DNA of 64,000 nucleotides from Candidatus Anstonellales archaeon (GCA_038896535.1 JAWACY010000001.1:346750-410749), one strand, 5' to 3'; positions 33,923-43,795 are shown, counted from the first letter of the stretch. Notes: generated by a model not told the origin, from the letters alone. Made by a program: numbers and translations.

Positions 33923-34786
33923 TCAGTCCATTATTGCATATCTTGGTCTTGTGCTGTCAACTGCAGCCAGGAAAAGAAATTGTATAAGAGCCAATACAAC
34001 AGCCACTCCAAGCAAATAAACAAAAGGCATTGAAAGGCCTGTTTGCGGGGAAAATGATAAAAATACCATCAAGAATACAATGCCCAAAGCAGGTAGTATA
34101 ACGCCAATAATAAGATAAAACATGACAAGCGGGTTAAGCTTTTGTCCATATTCCTTTATTTCAAGAAACTGCTCTTTTGATATCTGATTGACAACGGCAT
34201 TTAAGCTTGCAGCTATATCAGCTCCTGATACAACAGCATTTGCTAATTGTATTAAAACCCTTTTTAATGCTGATGATGGCGTTTTTTCTGCAGCATCCCT
34301 CAAAACAAATGTTAAAGGCTCTCCTAATGAAACCCTCTCAACAATTCTTTTGAATTCTTTACTTACCCTACCATAACCTTTTGTCAATCCAACCATTGCA
34401 TCAAAAAGCGTTGAACCAGAAGAGAGCGATATTATTAAATGCTTCACTGCAAATACAAGATCGTAATCTATTTCTTTCTTTCTCCTCAATAGCAATACAT
34501 CAACACTATTTATGCTGACGAAATAAAATATTATGAATAAAAATACAAAAAGCACAGAAAAAACAATAAGCATTAATGATTCTGATGTTATTACTGAATA
34601 GCTCCATAAAAAAAGTCCAGCAACAGCACTTATGAATAAAGACATTATAAAAGATACGAAAATCACATTATCAAAATACTGCTCTGGTGTAAATACACTT
34701 TCTGCAGCAATAAGTTTTTTCCTTAAATCTGGGTAATATGGTAATAAGAGATCAGAAATTTTTGATATTATTGGCAATCTTATCAT
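33923..34786 (-). CDS. type II/IV secretion system F-family (TadB/FlaJ-like) membrane platform protein
   Basis: SGSTLFDAM, YG.VSKEF..IV....LGEPL, SGADI...L and TM helices. Confidence 0.9.
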   Translation of the reverse strand: MIRLPIISKISDLLLPYYPDLRKKLIAAESVFTPEQYFDNVIFVSFIMSLFISAVAGLFLWSYSVITSESLMLIVFSVLFVFLFIIFYFVSINSVDVLLLRRKKEIDYDLVFAVKHLIISLSSGSTLFDAMVGLTKGYGRVSKEFKRIVERVSLGEPLTFVLRDAAEKTPSSALKRVLIQLANAVVSGADIAASLNAVVNQISKEQFLEIKEYGQKLNPLVMFYLIIGVILPALGIVFLMVFLSFSPQTGLSMPFVYLLGVAVVLALIQFLFLAAVDSTRPRYAIMD

Positions 34787-36030
34787 GAAAATGCCTCCTT
34801 TGCTTCTTGCTCATTCATGCCCATCTCAATAGCAATAAGCTGTTTTGCTCTTTTGATTGCATCTTGTTTTGATATTTCCCCTCTTAAATAGCTGTAAAAT
34901 ACTTTTCTGTCTTTTGCTCCGAGTTCATGCAAAAGCTGTGCCTCTTTCATTGCATTTATCTTTTCCATTATCTCTTCTCTCTTTGTTTTTTTCTCTTCCA
35001 CAATTTGCTCTTGCTTTACTTCTTCTGATATAATTTCTTTTTTCTCTTTCGTTTCTTCTATAGGCATTGCTACAATTTCTTCCTTTACTTCTTTTTTCTC
35101 TTCTTTTTCTTTTGGTTTGTATTCATTTACTAAATTATCTATTGACGAGTAATCTGGCTCTTTTAATGGAACTTTGATCATTTCTATAATAGCATTGTGC
35201 ATTGTTTTTAAATAATCCTTATATTCATTTGCTGCTGCCTTTATTGCTTCATAAAGTTCTTGCTCACTCATATGCTGCTTTTGTTCATTTGCCGCTGCCT
35301 TTATTGTATTTACCGCCTTTTCTATATCATTTTTTAACATTGTTTCTATCTGTTTTTCATTATCTTCTTTTCCTTTACCCTCTATTAATGCCTTTATTTT
35401 CTCTATCTCAGCCTTTATAACAACTCTTTTCTGCTCTTGCTTTTCTTTGAGCAATTCAGTTGTTAATTGTATTAGCTTAGCAGATAATTGAGATTTTGAT
35501 AACCCCTCATAACTTGTTTTTAATGTTTCAACTCTTTTATTTGCTTCTTCTAAGGCTTGCTCCTTTTTCGGTATGCTCAAACCAAGGCCAGGCTTTTCTT
35601 TCATATTATCCTTCATATTATCTTTTTTAAATGGCATTTCCTTTTTTAAGTTATCTGTTTCTATTTTTTCCATCCTTTCTATTTTTTCCGCAACCTTTGC
35701 TTCTTCCTTTTGTTCTTTTTTTTGTTCCTTCCCATATTCAGGCTTTTCTGTTTTTGTTTCTACTTTCTCTTCCTGAGTTTTTTCTTTTATTTCAGCAATC
35801 TTGGCTTCTCTTTGTTGTTTTACATTAGCATATGCAGCCTTTCCATAAGCAGTAATGAGCTTTTGGCTCTTTTCTATATTCTGATAAATATTTAATAAAT
35901 CTGCATATAGCAAAACATTAATTTCTTCTTGCACTAAATAAGAGCCTTGCTCTCTTTCCAGCTTACCGCTTGTTATTTTTGATTCTTTTATGATTTTCAA
36001 TGCTTCATTAAAATTCATTGAAACACCCAT
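34783..36030 (-). CDS. hypothetical E/K-rich coiled-coil protein inside the pilus operon
   Basis: 415-aa ORF overlapping both neighbouring genes. Confidence 0.75.
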   Translation of the reverse strand: MGVSMNFNEALKIIKESKITSGKLEREQGSYLVQEEINVLLYADLLNIYQNIEKSQKLITAYGKAAYANVKQQREAKIAEIKEKTQEEKVETKTEKPEYGKEQKKEQKEEAKVAEKIERMEKIETDNLKKEMPFKKDNMKDNMKEKPGLGLSIPKKEQALEEANKRVETLKTSYEGLSKSQLSAKLIQLTTELLKEKQEQKRVVIKAEIEKIKALIEGKGKEDNEKQIETMLKNDIEKAVNTIKAAANEQKQHMSEQELYEAIKAAANEYKDYLKTMHNAIIEMIKVPLKEPDYSSIDNLVNEYKPKEKEEKKEVKEEIVAMPIEETKEKKEIISEEVKQEQIVEEKKTKREEIMEKINAMKEAQLLHELGAKDRKVFYSYLRGEISKQDAIKRAKQLIAIEMGMNEQEAKEAFS

Positions 36031-37511
36031 TGCTTATCTTTCTCAGCCGCATTTACAACTTCTTCTGGATAGCTATAATATGTGCTTACTATATGCCCTA
36101 CTTGGTCTATGTCAAAATATTTCTTATTTACCATCCAATTTAATATTACTGATTTTTCTTGAATATCTGCTTTTATTTCTTTTTCATTAAGCCCTGCATA
36201 AAGCTCAAGTAAATTCGCTATTCTCACAAGATTTCCAGATTTTATTATTGTATCCTTTCCTGCATCCCATCTGTATATGTTGTTTAATTTTCCATTCTTT
36301 AATACTTCTGTAAATTCAAGCGTTCTCCTTAAATTGTATCTTCTATGCCTGAATTGAACAACAATGCCTGCAACTGCATCAAGCACTTCATTTGGCAAGC
36401 TTATAGGAGGAGTTGTTAATCTTGTTATTGTTTGCTCGCTATTATCAGCGTGTAATGTTGCATAGACACTATGTCCAGTATGCATTGCTTCAAACATGAC
36501 TTCTGCTTCTTTTTGCCTCCTTATTTCTCCTACAATAATTCTATCTGGCCTCATCCTTAAAGAGTTAACGAGCAAATCAAGCATTGTTACTTCTCCCTTT
36601 CCTTCTGGATTTGGTTCTCTTGTTACTAATGGCACCCATTGCAAGTATTTAGGCAATGTTAACTCCCTTGTATCTTCAATTGTTATTACTCTCTGATTTG
36701 CTGGAATAAAGCCGGCTATTGCATTAAGAAATGAAGTCTTCCCGCTTCCAGTGCCACCAGAAACTATTAAGGATAGCTCATTCTGTATGCAGAGCCATAT
36801 CAGTGCCATGACTTCTATGCTTATTGTATCAGATGCTATAAGATTTGTGACAGTCCAAGGATTTCTCGAGAATTTTCTTATTGTTAATGTATTGCCATAA
36901 GATGATATGGGGAACAATGTGGCATTAACTCTATCCCCAGTTGATATATGTGCGTCAAGCAATGGGTTTAAAATATTTATCTGCCTACCAACCTTTCTTG
37001 CTATGAATGCAGCATAATTATATATTTCCTCATCATCTTTCATTTTCAAGTTTGTTCTGCACCACCCGAATTTTTTGTGATAAACCCATATATTATCATT
37101 TGGTCCATTCACGACTATTTCTTCAAGCATCTCGTCAGAAACAAGTATATCAAGATCACCAAGCCCTATTGTGTGCTGTATTAAATATGTTGCGAGTATT
37201 GCCTTTTGCTCTTCTGTTATGTCTGGGAAGCTTTTTTCAAGTATTGCTATTGCCCTATTGTAAAATTTTTTCTTTATTATTTCTGCTTTTTTTGGATCTA
37301 GTATTTCAGATAAATCAACATCAACTCCAACAAGCAAATCTGCTTTTAATTTCGTTTCTATAATTGTTTTTGTTCCAACACCTATGCCTGGCACTTTTAT
37401 ATCATATGTTGGTACGAAATCTTTTTTTGTTCTTATTACTGTTGCTTGTACAGGAATATTTTCGCTATAAAATGTGTATTTTCCCATTAATTGCTCATTT
37501 GTATTTGGCAT
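36015..37511 (-). CDS. type IV pilus assembly ATPase (CpaF/TadA/FlaI family)
   Basis: GGTGSGKT Walker A, TIEDTREL, LRMRPDRIIVGEIR, HTGH...TLHA. Confidence 0.95.
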   Translation of the reverse strand: MPNTNEQLMGKYTFYSENIPVQATVIRTKKDFVPTYDIKVPGIGVGTKTIIETKLKADLLVGVDVDLSEILDPKKAEIIKKKFYNRAIAILEKSFPDITEEQKAILATYLIQHTIGLGDLDILVSDEMLEEIVVNGPNDNIWVYHKKFGWCRTNLKMKDDEEIYNYAAFIARKVGRQINILNPLLDAHISTGDRVNATLFPISSYGNTLTIRKFSRNPWTVTNLIASDTISIEVMALIWLCIQNELSLIVSGGTGSGKTSFLNAIAGFIPANQRVITIEDTRELTLPKYLQWVPLVTREPNPEGKGEVTMLDLLVNSLRMRPDRIIVGEIRRQKEAEVMFEAMHTGHSVYATLHADNSEQTITRLTTPPISLPNEVLDAVAGIVVQFRHRRYNLRRTLEFTEVLKNGKLNNIYRWDAGKDTIIKSGNLVRIANLLELYAGLNEKEIKADIQEKSVILNWMVNKKYFDIDQVGHIVSTYYSYPEEVVNAAEKDKQWVFQ

Positions 37512-37622
37512 TAAACCACCATATGTTTTTTGATAGTTTTGTTTATAAGCTTTTCTATAGCTTTCTTATTTCCATATCGGCAATATAAAAAATTTATAAA
37601 GCCTTTGTATATATTTTTTTCA

Positions 37623-38315
37623 ATGGTAGATTTGAGCAAGGCAATTATTGGGAGGATAGAAAAAAACGGGCAGAAGTTTGAGCTTTATTTAGATCCTGAC
37701 AAGGCATATGAATACTTAGAAGGCAGGAAAAAAGATTTGGCAAACATCCTTGTTGTTGAGGAAGTTTATAAAGATGCTAAAAAAGGAGAGAAGCATAGCC
37801 AGCAAGCATTGAAGCAAGCATTTGGTAGTGATGATGTTTATGTTGTGTTAAAGGAAGTGCTTGATAAAGGAGAAGTCCAGCTAACAACAGAGCAGAAAAG
37901 AAAGATGGCAGAACAAAAGAGGAAGCAGGTTATTGCCTTAATAGCAAGAGAAGTGGTTGATGCAAGAACAGGAGCGCCAATCCCTATGCAGAGAATAGAG
38001 CTTGCAATGGAACAAGCAAAAGTACATATAGACATGTTTAAAAAACCGGAAGAGCAGATGGAGGATGTGATAAAGGCTTTAAGGCCAATATTGCCAATGA
38101 AAATAGAAAAGGCAAAAATAGCAGTTAAAGTGCCTGCACAATATGCTATGCAAGCATACGGCATATTGAAATCTTATAATATAGTAAAAGAAGAATGGGC
38201 TAATAATGGAGATTTGCTTGTATTGCTAGAAATGCCTGCTGGTCTGCAAACGGAGTTGTATGATAAAATAGGAAAATTAACACAAGGACAAGCACAAGTA
38301 AAAGTAATAAGATGA
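37623..38315 (+). CDS. ribosome maturation factor SBDS/Sdo1
   Basis: G.KFEL..DP, VYKDAKKG, GEVQLTTEQKR, RIELAMEQAKVHID. Confidence 0.95.
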   Translation: MVDLSKAIIGRIEKNGQKFELYLDPDKAYEYLEGRKKDLANILVVEEVYKDAKKGEKHSQQALKQAFGSDDVYVVLKEVLDKGEVQLTTEQKRKMAEQKRKQVIALIAREVVDARTGAPIPMQRIELAMEQAKVHIDMFKKPEEQMEDVIKALRPILPMKIEKAKIAVKVPAQYAMQAYGILKSYNIVKEEWANNGDLLVLLEMPAGLQTELYDKIGKLTQGQAQVKVIR

Positions 38316-38398
38316 AAATTAGTATTTTTGATGCAAGCGAACCACATAGCTGCCAATAGCATTATAAATTTATGTTTTATATATAATTAGTGATTTCT

Positions 38399-38989
38399 AT
38401 GCTATATATCCCTGGAGATGAAATAAAAGAAAAAATAAAGATGCATCCAACAGCAACAAGGTTAGAAAATGGCAAGATTTATGCAAATGTAATAGGCATG
38501 GTCTCTGATAATGTTTTTAAGCCTTTTGAATTGGCATATGTAGCCAATGTTGGAGATTTAATTGTTGGTGTTGTTTATGAGAAAAAGCCAAATGTAATAT
38601 TTGTTGATACGAGCACATCTTATACTGGCCTTGTAATGGCGAAAGCAATAAGAATTGAAATAAAGCAAGGAGACATAATATCAGGCAAAGTAAGTAAAAT
38701 AGAGGAGAGTGATATAATTTTATCAGACATATCCCTTCTCTCTAGCAGGAATGAAATAGGCACTTTAATAAGCATTCCACCTTCAAAAGTTGCTAGAATA
38801 ATAGGCAAAGATGCTACTATGATAAGTCTAATAAAGGAAAAAACATCATGCAAAATAGTAGTTGGAATGAATGGCTATATTTGGATACAGGGGAAAAATG
38901 CTGAAAAAGCAGTTAAAGCAATATTGTTTATAATTAAAAGAGCACATTTACAAGGCCTGACTTCAAAAGTAGAACAAATACTTGCTTAA
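38399..38989 (+). CDS. rrp4: exosome RNA-binding protein Rrp4-like (S1 + KH)
   Basis: Y...VGDLIVG, P.KVARIIGK, IVVGMNGYIWI, H..GLT..V; lies after SBDS. Confidence 0.88.
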   Translation: MLYIPGDEIKEKIKMHPTATRLENGKIYANVIGMVSDNVFKPFELAYVANVGDLIVGVVYEKKPNVIFVDTSTSYTGLVMAKAIRIEIKQGDIISGKVSKIEESDIILSDISLLSSRNEIGTLISIPPSKVARIIGKDATMISLIKEKTSCKIVVGMNGYIWIQGKNAEKAVKAILFIIKRAHLQGLTSKVEQILA

Positions 38990-39106
38990 CTGCTTTACTA
39001 TTTATGTTTTACTCCTTTATTGCTTTACCGCTTTACTGTTTATTGCTTTATTGATTACTTTCGCTTAAATTTATATTGAGCTTCTATATTCTTTTTTATG
39101 TAATTA

Positions 39107-39195
39107 TGATGTTGTGATTTAATTGTGACGTAATCATAAATTATAAATATAAAAACGGCATATAAATAATTAAAAACTCTTACTTGAAAATACAT
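39107..39195 (+). repeat. dispersed promoter-like repeat, copy B (no downstream ORF)
   Basis: 5' part matches 32647; 3' ~47 bp matches 42284-42330 with one mismatch; ends in ATG TAA. Confidence 0.85.
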
Positions 39196-39257
39196 GTAAG
39201 GGGCAATAATGTAAAATAATAAAGGAAAAACGGAAATTTTGGGAATATACATTCTTA

Positions 39258-39331
39258 GGGCTCTTAGCTCAGACTGGTAGAGCGCTCCCTTGGCATGGGA
39301 GAGGCCGGGGGTTCAAATCCCCCAGAGTCCA
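39258..39331 (+). tRNA. tRNA-Ala(GGC)
   Basis: GGGCTCT/AGAGTCC acceptor stem with G3:U70, CTCCC-TTGGCAT-GGGAG anticodon arm, GTTCAAATC. Confidence 0.97.
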
Positions 39332-39380
39332 CTAAAAACAAAGCTTGCATTTTTAAACACTTTTAATAAATATTAAATAC

Positions 39381-40415
39381 ATGTATTTATTGAAATTTTT
39401 TAAGACAAGAGAAAAGAAAAAAATATATTCAGATTTTGTATCAAATATAGCAAAAAAGCACGGATTAAAATTACAAAATACGGATATAAAGAGAATTGCA
39501 AATGCCTTAATTATGTTTGATGATGACAAAGAGATGCTCAAGCAAGTATTGAAAACTATTGATATGTTTCTTAAAAGCAAAAAAAGGCAAGCATTAATGT
39601 TTTCAATAGATATAATAAAAAGTCCATTATTCTTAGAATTAAAAAAACAAAGGTCAATGTATTTATATAATTATATAGAATCTCTTGCTTCAATTAAAGA
39701 AGCGCATAATATGACAAATGAGAGTATTTTGGCAATATTATCAAATGAAAGCATTATCTCAGTTATAAGAGATATTAATAATACAAGTGCTTGTATTGCT
39801 ATGTTTGAATATTTTATAAATACCTATTATAATGTAAAAAGTATTGATAAACTAGAAGAGAGAGTTAGGGGGATAAATAGATATAAAATTGGTATTATTA
39901 AATTATATGCTGATTTAGTCAAAAGCCATAGATTTAAAGATTTTTCATTTGCAATCCTTGGGCACGATGAAAATAAAATGAAATTCATTTATAGCCAGTT
40001 AGCAAATAATGAAGTATATAAGTTCATAGAATACTTAATTAATATTGATGAAGAAAAGGGAGCAGAGATATTAAAAGATTTTTATACGCTTATTTACAAG
40101 ACAACAAATAATGAAAGCATTTATCTATATTCAAATGATCTTGTTAGTTGTTTAAAATGCTATAGAGATATAAACATTATTGCTATAATATTAAAAGAGC
40201 TTATATCTGCATACGATGTTCATTTTAGATTTAATTCAAGTCCAGCAACGTTGTTAAAAGCCAGTATAAAAAGGCTTATTGAAGAAAAGAATATTAAAAA
40301 AATAAGCCATATTGCTGAGCAGAGAGATGGAAATGAAACATCTTATGCTATTGCCAATACATATATTGATATAAAAACTGAAATAAAAAATGTTATATTG
40401 GGTAATGATATATAA
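39381..40415 (+). CDS. hypothetical protein
   Basis: 344-aa I/K/N-rich helical ORF with no recognised motif. Confidence 0.65.
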   Translation: MYLLKFFKTREKKKIYSDFVSNIAKKHGLKLQNTDIKRIANALIMFDDDKEMLKQVLKTIDMFLKSKKRQALMFSIDIIKSPLFLELKKQRSMYLYNYIESLASIKEAHNMTNESILAILSNESIISVIRDINNTSACIAMFEYFINTYYNVKSIDKLEERVRGINRYKIGIIKLYADLVKSHRFKDFSFAILGHDENKMKFIYSQLANNEVYKFIEYLINIDEEKGAEILKDFYTLIYKTTNNESIYLYSNDLVSCLKCYRDINIIAIILKELISAYDVHFRFNSSPATLLKASIKRLIEEKNIKKISHIAEQRDGNETSYAIANTYIDIKTEIKNVILGNDI

Positions 40416-40440
40416 TAGGAATAAGAAAAGAGGCAGTATA

Positions 40441-41340
40441 ATGAATGCAAAAACATGCGATCACTGTAATAATGAAAGCATTGTGCATTTAGCTTATGCA
40501 AATAGAAACCTTTGCCAGCAGCACTTTTTTAATTTAATAGAAAAAAGGTTTTCTTTTTGTTTAAGACAAGAGGGAATGAAACCAAAGCAAAGAGTTGCTG
40601 TTGCTTTAAGCGGGGGGAAAGATTCAACAACATTGCTTTATTTATTAAATAAATTAAAAAGCAAAATACCTATGGACATTTTTGCAATAACAATTGATGA
40701 AGGCATTGCAGGATATAGGCCAAAAAGCATAGAAAAAGCAGCGATAATGTGTAAAAAACTTGGTATTGAGCATCATATAGTAAAGTTCAGTTCAGAAGTT
40801 GGCAAATCACTTGATGAAATAATGGAAGATAAAGATGATGAGCCTGCTTGTAGCTATTGCGGTGTATTCAGGAGATACCTTCTTAATAAAGCAGCTAAAG
40901 AGCTTAATGCTGATTTGATTGCTGTTGGTCATAATTTAGATGATACCGCACAGACGATATTTATGAATTTATTGAGAAACGAACCATCGCGGATTTTGAG
41001 ATTTTTTAAGCCAATAATAGAACCAGAGGATTTTGTTAGAAGAATAAAGCCTTTGATGTATATTCCAGAAAAGGAGATAGCTATATATGCAATATTGAAA
41101 GGGCTTGAGTTTGATGATGGGGAGTGCCCATATGCGATGAGGAGTATAAGATATTACATAAGAGATATGATAAATAAACTTGAAGACAAAAAACCTGGGG
41201 CAAAGTTTCAGATAGTTAAAAGCATGCTTTCATTATTATATGAAAAAGAACAGAATAATGAGATAAAGAAATGTAAAGTATGCAAAATGCCAACAAATAG
41301 CGAAACTTGCATGTTCTGTCATTTAAAGAGTATTATTTAA
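40441..41340 (+). CDS. tRNA 2-thiolation protein, TtuA/Ncs6/NcsA family
   Basis: N-terminal Zn finger CDHC...LC..H, PP-loop SGGKDS, CSYCGVFRR, GHNLDD, ECPY, C-terminal CKVC...CMFC. Confidence 0.92.
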   Translation: MNAKTCDHCNNESIVHLAYANRNLCQQHFFNLIEKRFSFCLRQEGMKPKQRVAVALSGGKDSTTLLYLLNKLKSKIPMDIFAITIDEGIAGYRPKSIEKAAIMCKKLGIEHHIVKFSSEVGKSLDEIMEDKDDEPACSYCGVFRRYLLNKAAKELNADLIAVGHNLDDTAQTIFMNLLRNEPSRILRFFKPIIEPEDFVRRIKPLMYIPEKEIAIYAILKGLEFDDGECPYAMRSIRYYIRDMINKLEDKKPGAKFQIVKSMLSLLYEKEQNNEIKKCKVCKMPTNSETCMFCHLKSII

Positions 41341-41368
41341 AAAATCTTTTAGCAGTTTTTTATTCATT

Positions 41369-41441
41369 GCTCCGGTCGTCTAGTGGTCAAGGATACTGGC
41401 CTTTCACGCCAGAGACCCGGGTTCGAATCCCGGCCGGAGCA
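41369..41441 (+). tRNA. tRNA-Glu(UUC)
   Basis: GCTCCGG/CCGGAGC acceptor stem, CTGGC-CTTTCAC-GCCAG anticodon arm, GTTCGAATC. Confidence 0.97.
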
Positions 41442-41443
41442 TA

Positions 41444-42037
41444 TTATTTGCCTAAAACTTTTATCCCATTATCACTTGCCACAATGACATTTCCATCTTT
41501 GAATGTACAGTATTCAAATATTGACTCGATATTATTGCTTATTGTTTTTATTCTCCAGCTTTTGTTAAAGTCTACCTGCTTCCAAAATAGAGCATCAAGT
41601 TCAAAAAATTTTATATCCATTTTCTCATCTGCAGGATGAAAAACAAATACCTTTAATTTGGGTGCCCTATCAAGCTTATTCGCCATCTCAAGTTCTTTTT
41701 CATCAATAATGCCATTTATTATATAACCATTTGCAAGCATTACGCTAAAAGTGCCTGGCATTGGAAATGCTTTTATTTGTTCACTGCTATTTATTGTTTT
41801 TTTGCTTTCATTATTTTGTTCTTTTACAAGAATATATATTGGACAATTTATCATATCTTGAAAATGTTGTTCTTTTTCCTGTACTTTTTTGTATTCATGA
41901 AATTCTAAATTCTCATTTATCCTAGATACCAAAGGCTCAAAATGTATAAATATAGGCATCAAAGCCGGCAAAATAAAAGTTTTAACAAATTTTTCTTTTT
42001 TCATCCCCATTCCCCAATAAAATAATTTTATAAGCAT
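41444..42037 (-). CDS. hypothetical protein, possible N-terminal membrane anchor
   Basis: 197-aa ORF with a basic then hydrophobic N-terminus. Confidence 0.6.
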   Translation of the reverse strand: MLIKLFYWGMGMKKEKFVKTFILPALMPIFIHFEPLVSRINENLEFHEYKKVQEKEQHFQDMINCPIYILVKEQNNESKKTINSSEQIKAFPMPGTFSVMLANGYIINGIIDEKELEMANKLDRAPKLKVFVFHPADEKMDIKFFELDALFWKQVDFNKSWRIKTISNNIESIFEYCTFKDGNVIVASDNGIKVLGK

Positions 42038-42283
42038 TTAAAAATATTTATGTATTAATAATGAATGTTAAAAATGATTTAAAAATGATAGTTAGTTATA
42101 ATAGTTAGTTTGTATTAATAAGACATAAGTTGTTATCCTGTCCAAATAATTGCCAATAATCTTTTCAAATAAGATATAAATGATCTGGAAGATGAAGGTT
42201 TATTTAAGATTTAAGCATTTCTGACAGCAGCCAATTATTAAATAATTACAATGAATAGAAACTGATGAAAAGAAAGTAAAAAT

Positions 42284-42333
42284 TATAAAAACAGCATATA
42301 AATAATTAAAAACTCTTACTTGAAAATACACAT
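42284..42333 (+). promoter_or_regulatory. dispersed promoter-like repeat, copy C (upstream of the intact gene)
   Basis: TATAAAAACAGCATATAAATAATTAAAAACTCTTACTTGAAAATACA immediately before the ATG at 42334. Confidence 0.7.
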
Positions 42334-43065
42334 ATGAGCCAACAAAAACAGAATACTGAAGAACAAACAAGACCGAAGAAAGTTAGAGTATGGCAACGAC
42401 TAATAAAAGCAACAAAAGAAATAAAAGAAAGGTTAAGATTAAGAAGAGCAGAAATTATAATAAAACAAAACAAAGATAAAATACCAAGGGAAATACAAGC
42501 CAAATTAATAGGGACACAAAACGAAGAAGAGAAAAACACATTAAAGATAATAGTTGCTAATATTTTGACAAAAATTAATAATGATTATACAAGAGAAGAG
42601 GCATTCGAAGCTCTTAACTCCATCTTACAAAACCCCAATTTCAAATCAGAATGGCTAACCGCAGAATTAGGGGAAAAAATCTCATCAATAGCAAATACAA
42701 TAATAAAAAATACACCAGAACAATCAACAAGATGGGCATTTAAAGCTCTTAATTCCCTCTTACAAAACCCCAATTTCACCCCCAAATTTATACCACTAAT
42801 TGAAATAATGATAAAAGGTAAAAAAGGCCCAGAAATTCAAAAAACCTTAGAAAAGTTCAATGAAATTATAAAAGAAGAAAAATCAATAGTATTATTACAA
42901 GATCTAGCCAATAAAGATGAAAAGATAATAAATGAAGCTGTTGCAATTATGCTTAACCCTGTTTTCTTTAATAATCTTCCTGATAAAGAGGAATTAATAG
43001 AAATAATAAAAGCAATTAAAAAATGTGATGCAAAATATATTGAGGAAATTTTCTCTTCTTTGTGA
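42334..43065 (+). CDS. hypothetical helical-repeat (HEAT/ARM-like) protein
   Basis: Two ~46-aa repeats, AFEALNSILQNPNF and AFKALNSLLQNPNF; unusually A/C-rich coding strand. Confidence 0.8.
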   Translation: MSQQKQNTEEQTRPKKVRVWQRLIKATKEIKERLRLRRAEIIIKQNKDKIPREIQAKLIGTQNEEEKNTLKIIVANILTKINNDYTREEAFEALNSILQNPNFKSEWLTAELGEKISSIANTIIKNTPEQSTRWAFKALNSLLQNPNFTPKFIPLIEIMIKGKKGPEIQKTLEKFNEIIKEEKSIVLLQDLANKDEKIINEAVAIMLNPVFFNNLPDKEELIEIIKAIKKCDAKYIEEIFSSL

Positions 43066-43183
43066 TTCTGAATTTTAATTTACCCATTACACATTATTAC
43101 ACATTTAATGTCTTAGAATTTAGCTTGCATTATGGCTTGCATTAAATGATAAGTATTAATAATAGTTTTACCACATTAAATAA

Positions 43184-43795
43184 ATGGAATCATTAAAGGC
43201 CATGGTTGAATATTTAAAAGATGCTGGCTTTTTAACCAAGCCAGATGTTGAGCTAGCCTTTTTATCTGTTGATAGAGCCTTTTTTGTCCCTGATCAATAC
43301 AAAGATTATGCTTATGCTGATATAGCAATCCCAATAAAAGAGAATGTAACAATATCCGCCCCTTCTGTAATAGCCAGAACAATAGAGCTAAGCGAGATAA
43401 AAATTGGGAGCAATGTATTGGAGATAGGCACTGGCTCTGGCTATAGCACTGCTTTAATAAAACACATAATAAAAGATGGCTTGCTTTATTCTGTTGAAAT
43501 AGATAGCTTGGCATATGAATATGCTAAAAGAAAATTGGAAAAACTTGGCCTTGCTGATGAAATAAAGCTATTCAATGCAGATGGAAAAAATATATTTTTT
43601 AAAGAAAGCATGTTTGATGCAATTATATTGCATGCCTCATTCAATAGAATATATGAAAATTGGAAAAGGCAGTTAAAAGAGCATGCTTGCATTGTTGGGC
43701 CTTATGAAAAAGAACCTTTTTACCAATTTCTTGTTAAATATAAAGATGGAAATCTTATATTTGACATTCCTGTTTTATATGTGCCATTAATATAG
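43184..43795 (+). CDS. pcm: protein-L-isoaspartate O-methyltransferase
   Basis: AF..VDRA.FVP, AY.D, TISAP, VLEIGTGSGY, FDAI. Confidence 0.9.
   Translation: MESLKAMVEYLKDAGFLTKPDVELAFLSVDRAFFVPDQYKDYAYADIAIPIKENVTISAPSVIARTIELSEIKIGSNVLEIGTGSGYSTALIKHIIKDGLLYSVEIDSLAYEYAKRKLEKLGLADEIKLFNADGKNIFFKESMFDAIILHASFNRIYENWKRQLKEHACIVGPYEKEPFYQFLVKYKDGNLIFDIPVLYVPLI

Noticed and set aside
41307-41639. 110-aa ORF
   Set aside because: Spans tRNA-Glu and lies antisense to another ORF.
42178-42225. C/D box sRNA
   Set aside because: A CTGA is present, but there is no convincing RTGATGA C box or terminal stem.
42600-42780. DGR template/variable repeat pair within the repeat protein
   Set aside because: Both copies are in-frame in one ORF, differences are not confined to adenines, and no reverse transcriptase is in the window.
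39258-43100. Integrated virus or island at tRNA-Ala/tRNA-Glu
   Set aside because: No integrase, no duplicated tRNA 3' end (att site) and no viral hallmark genes were seen.
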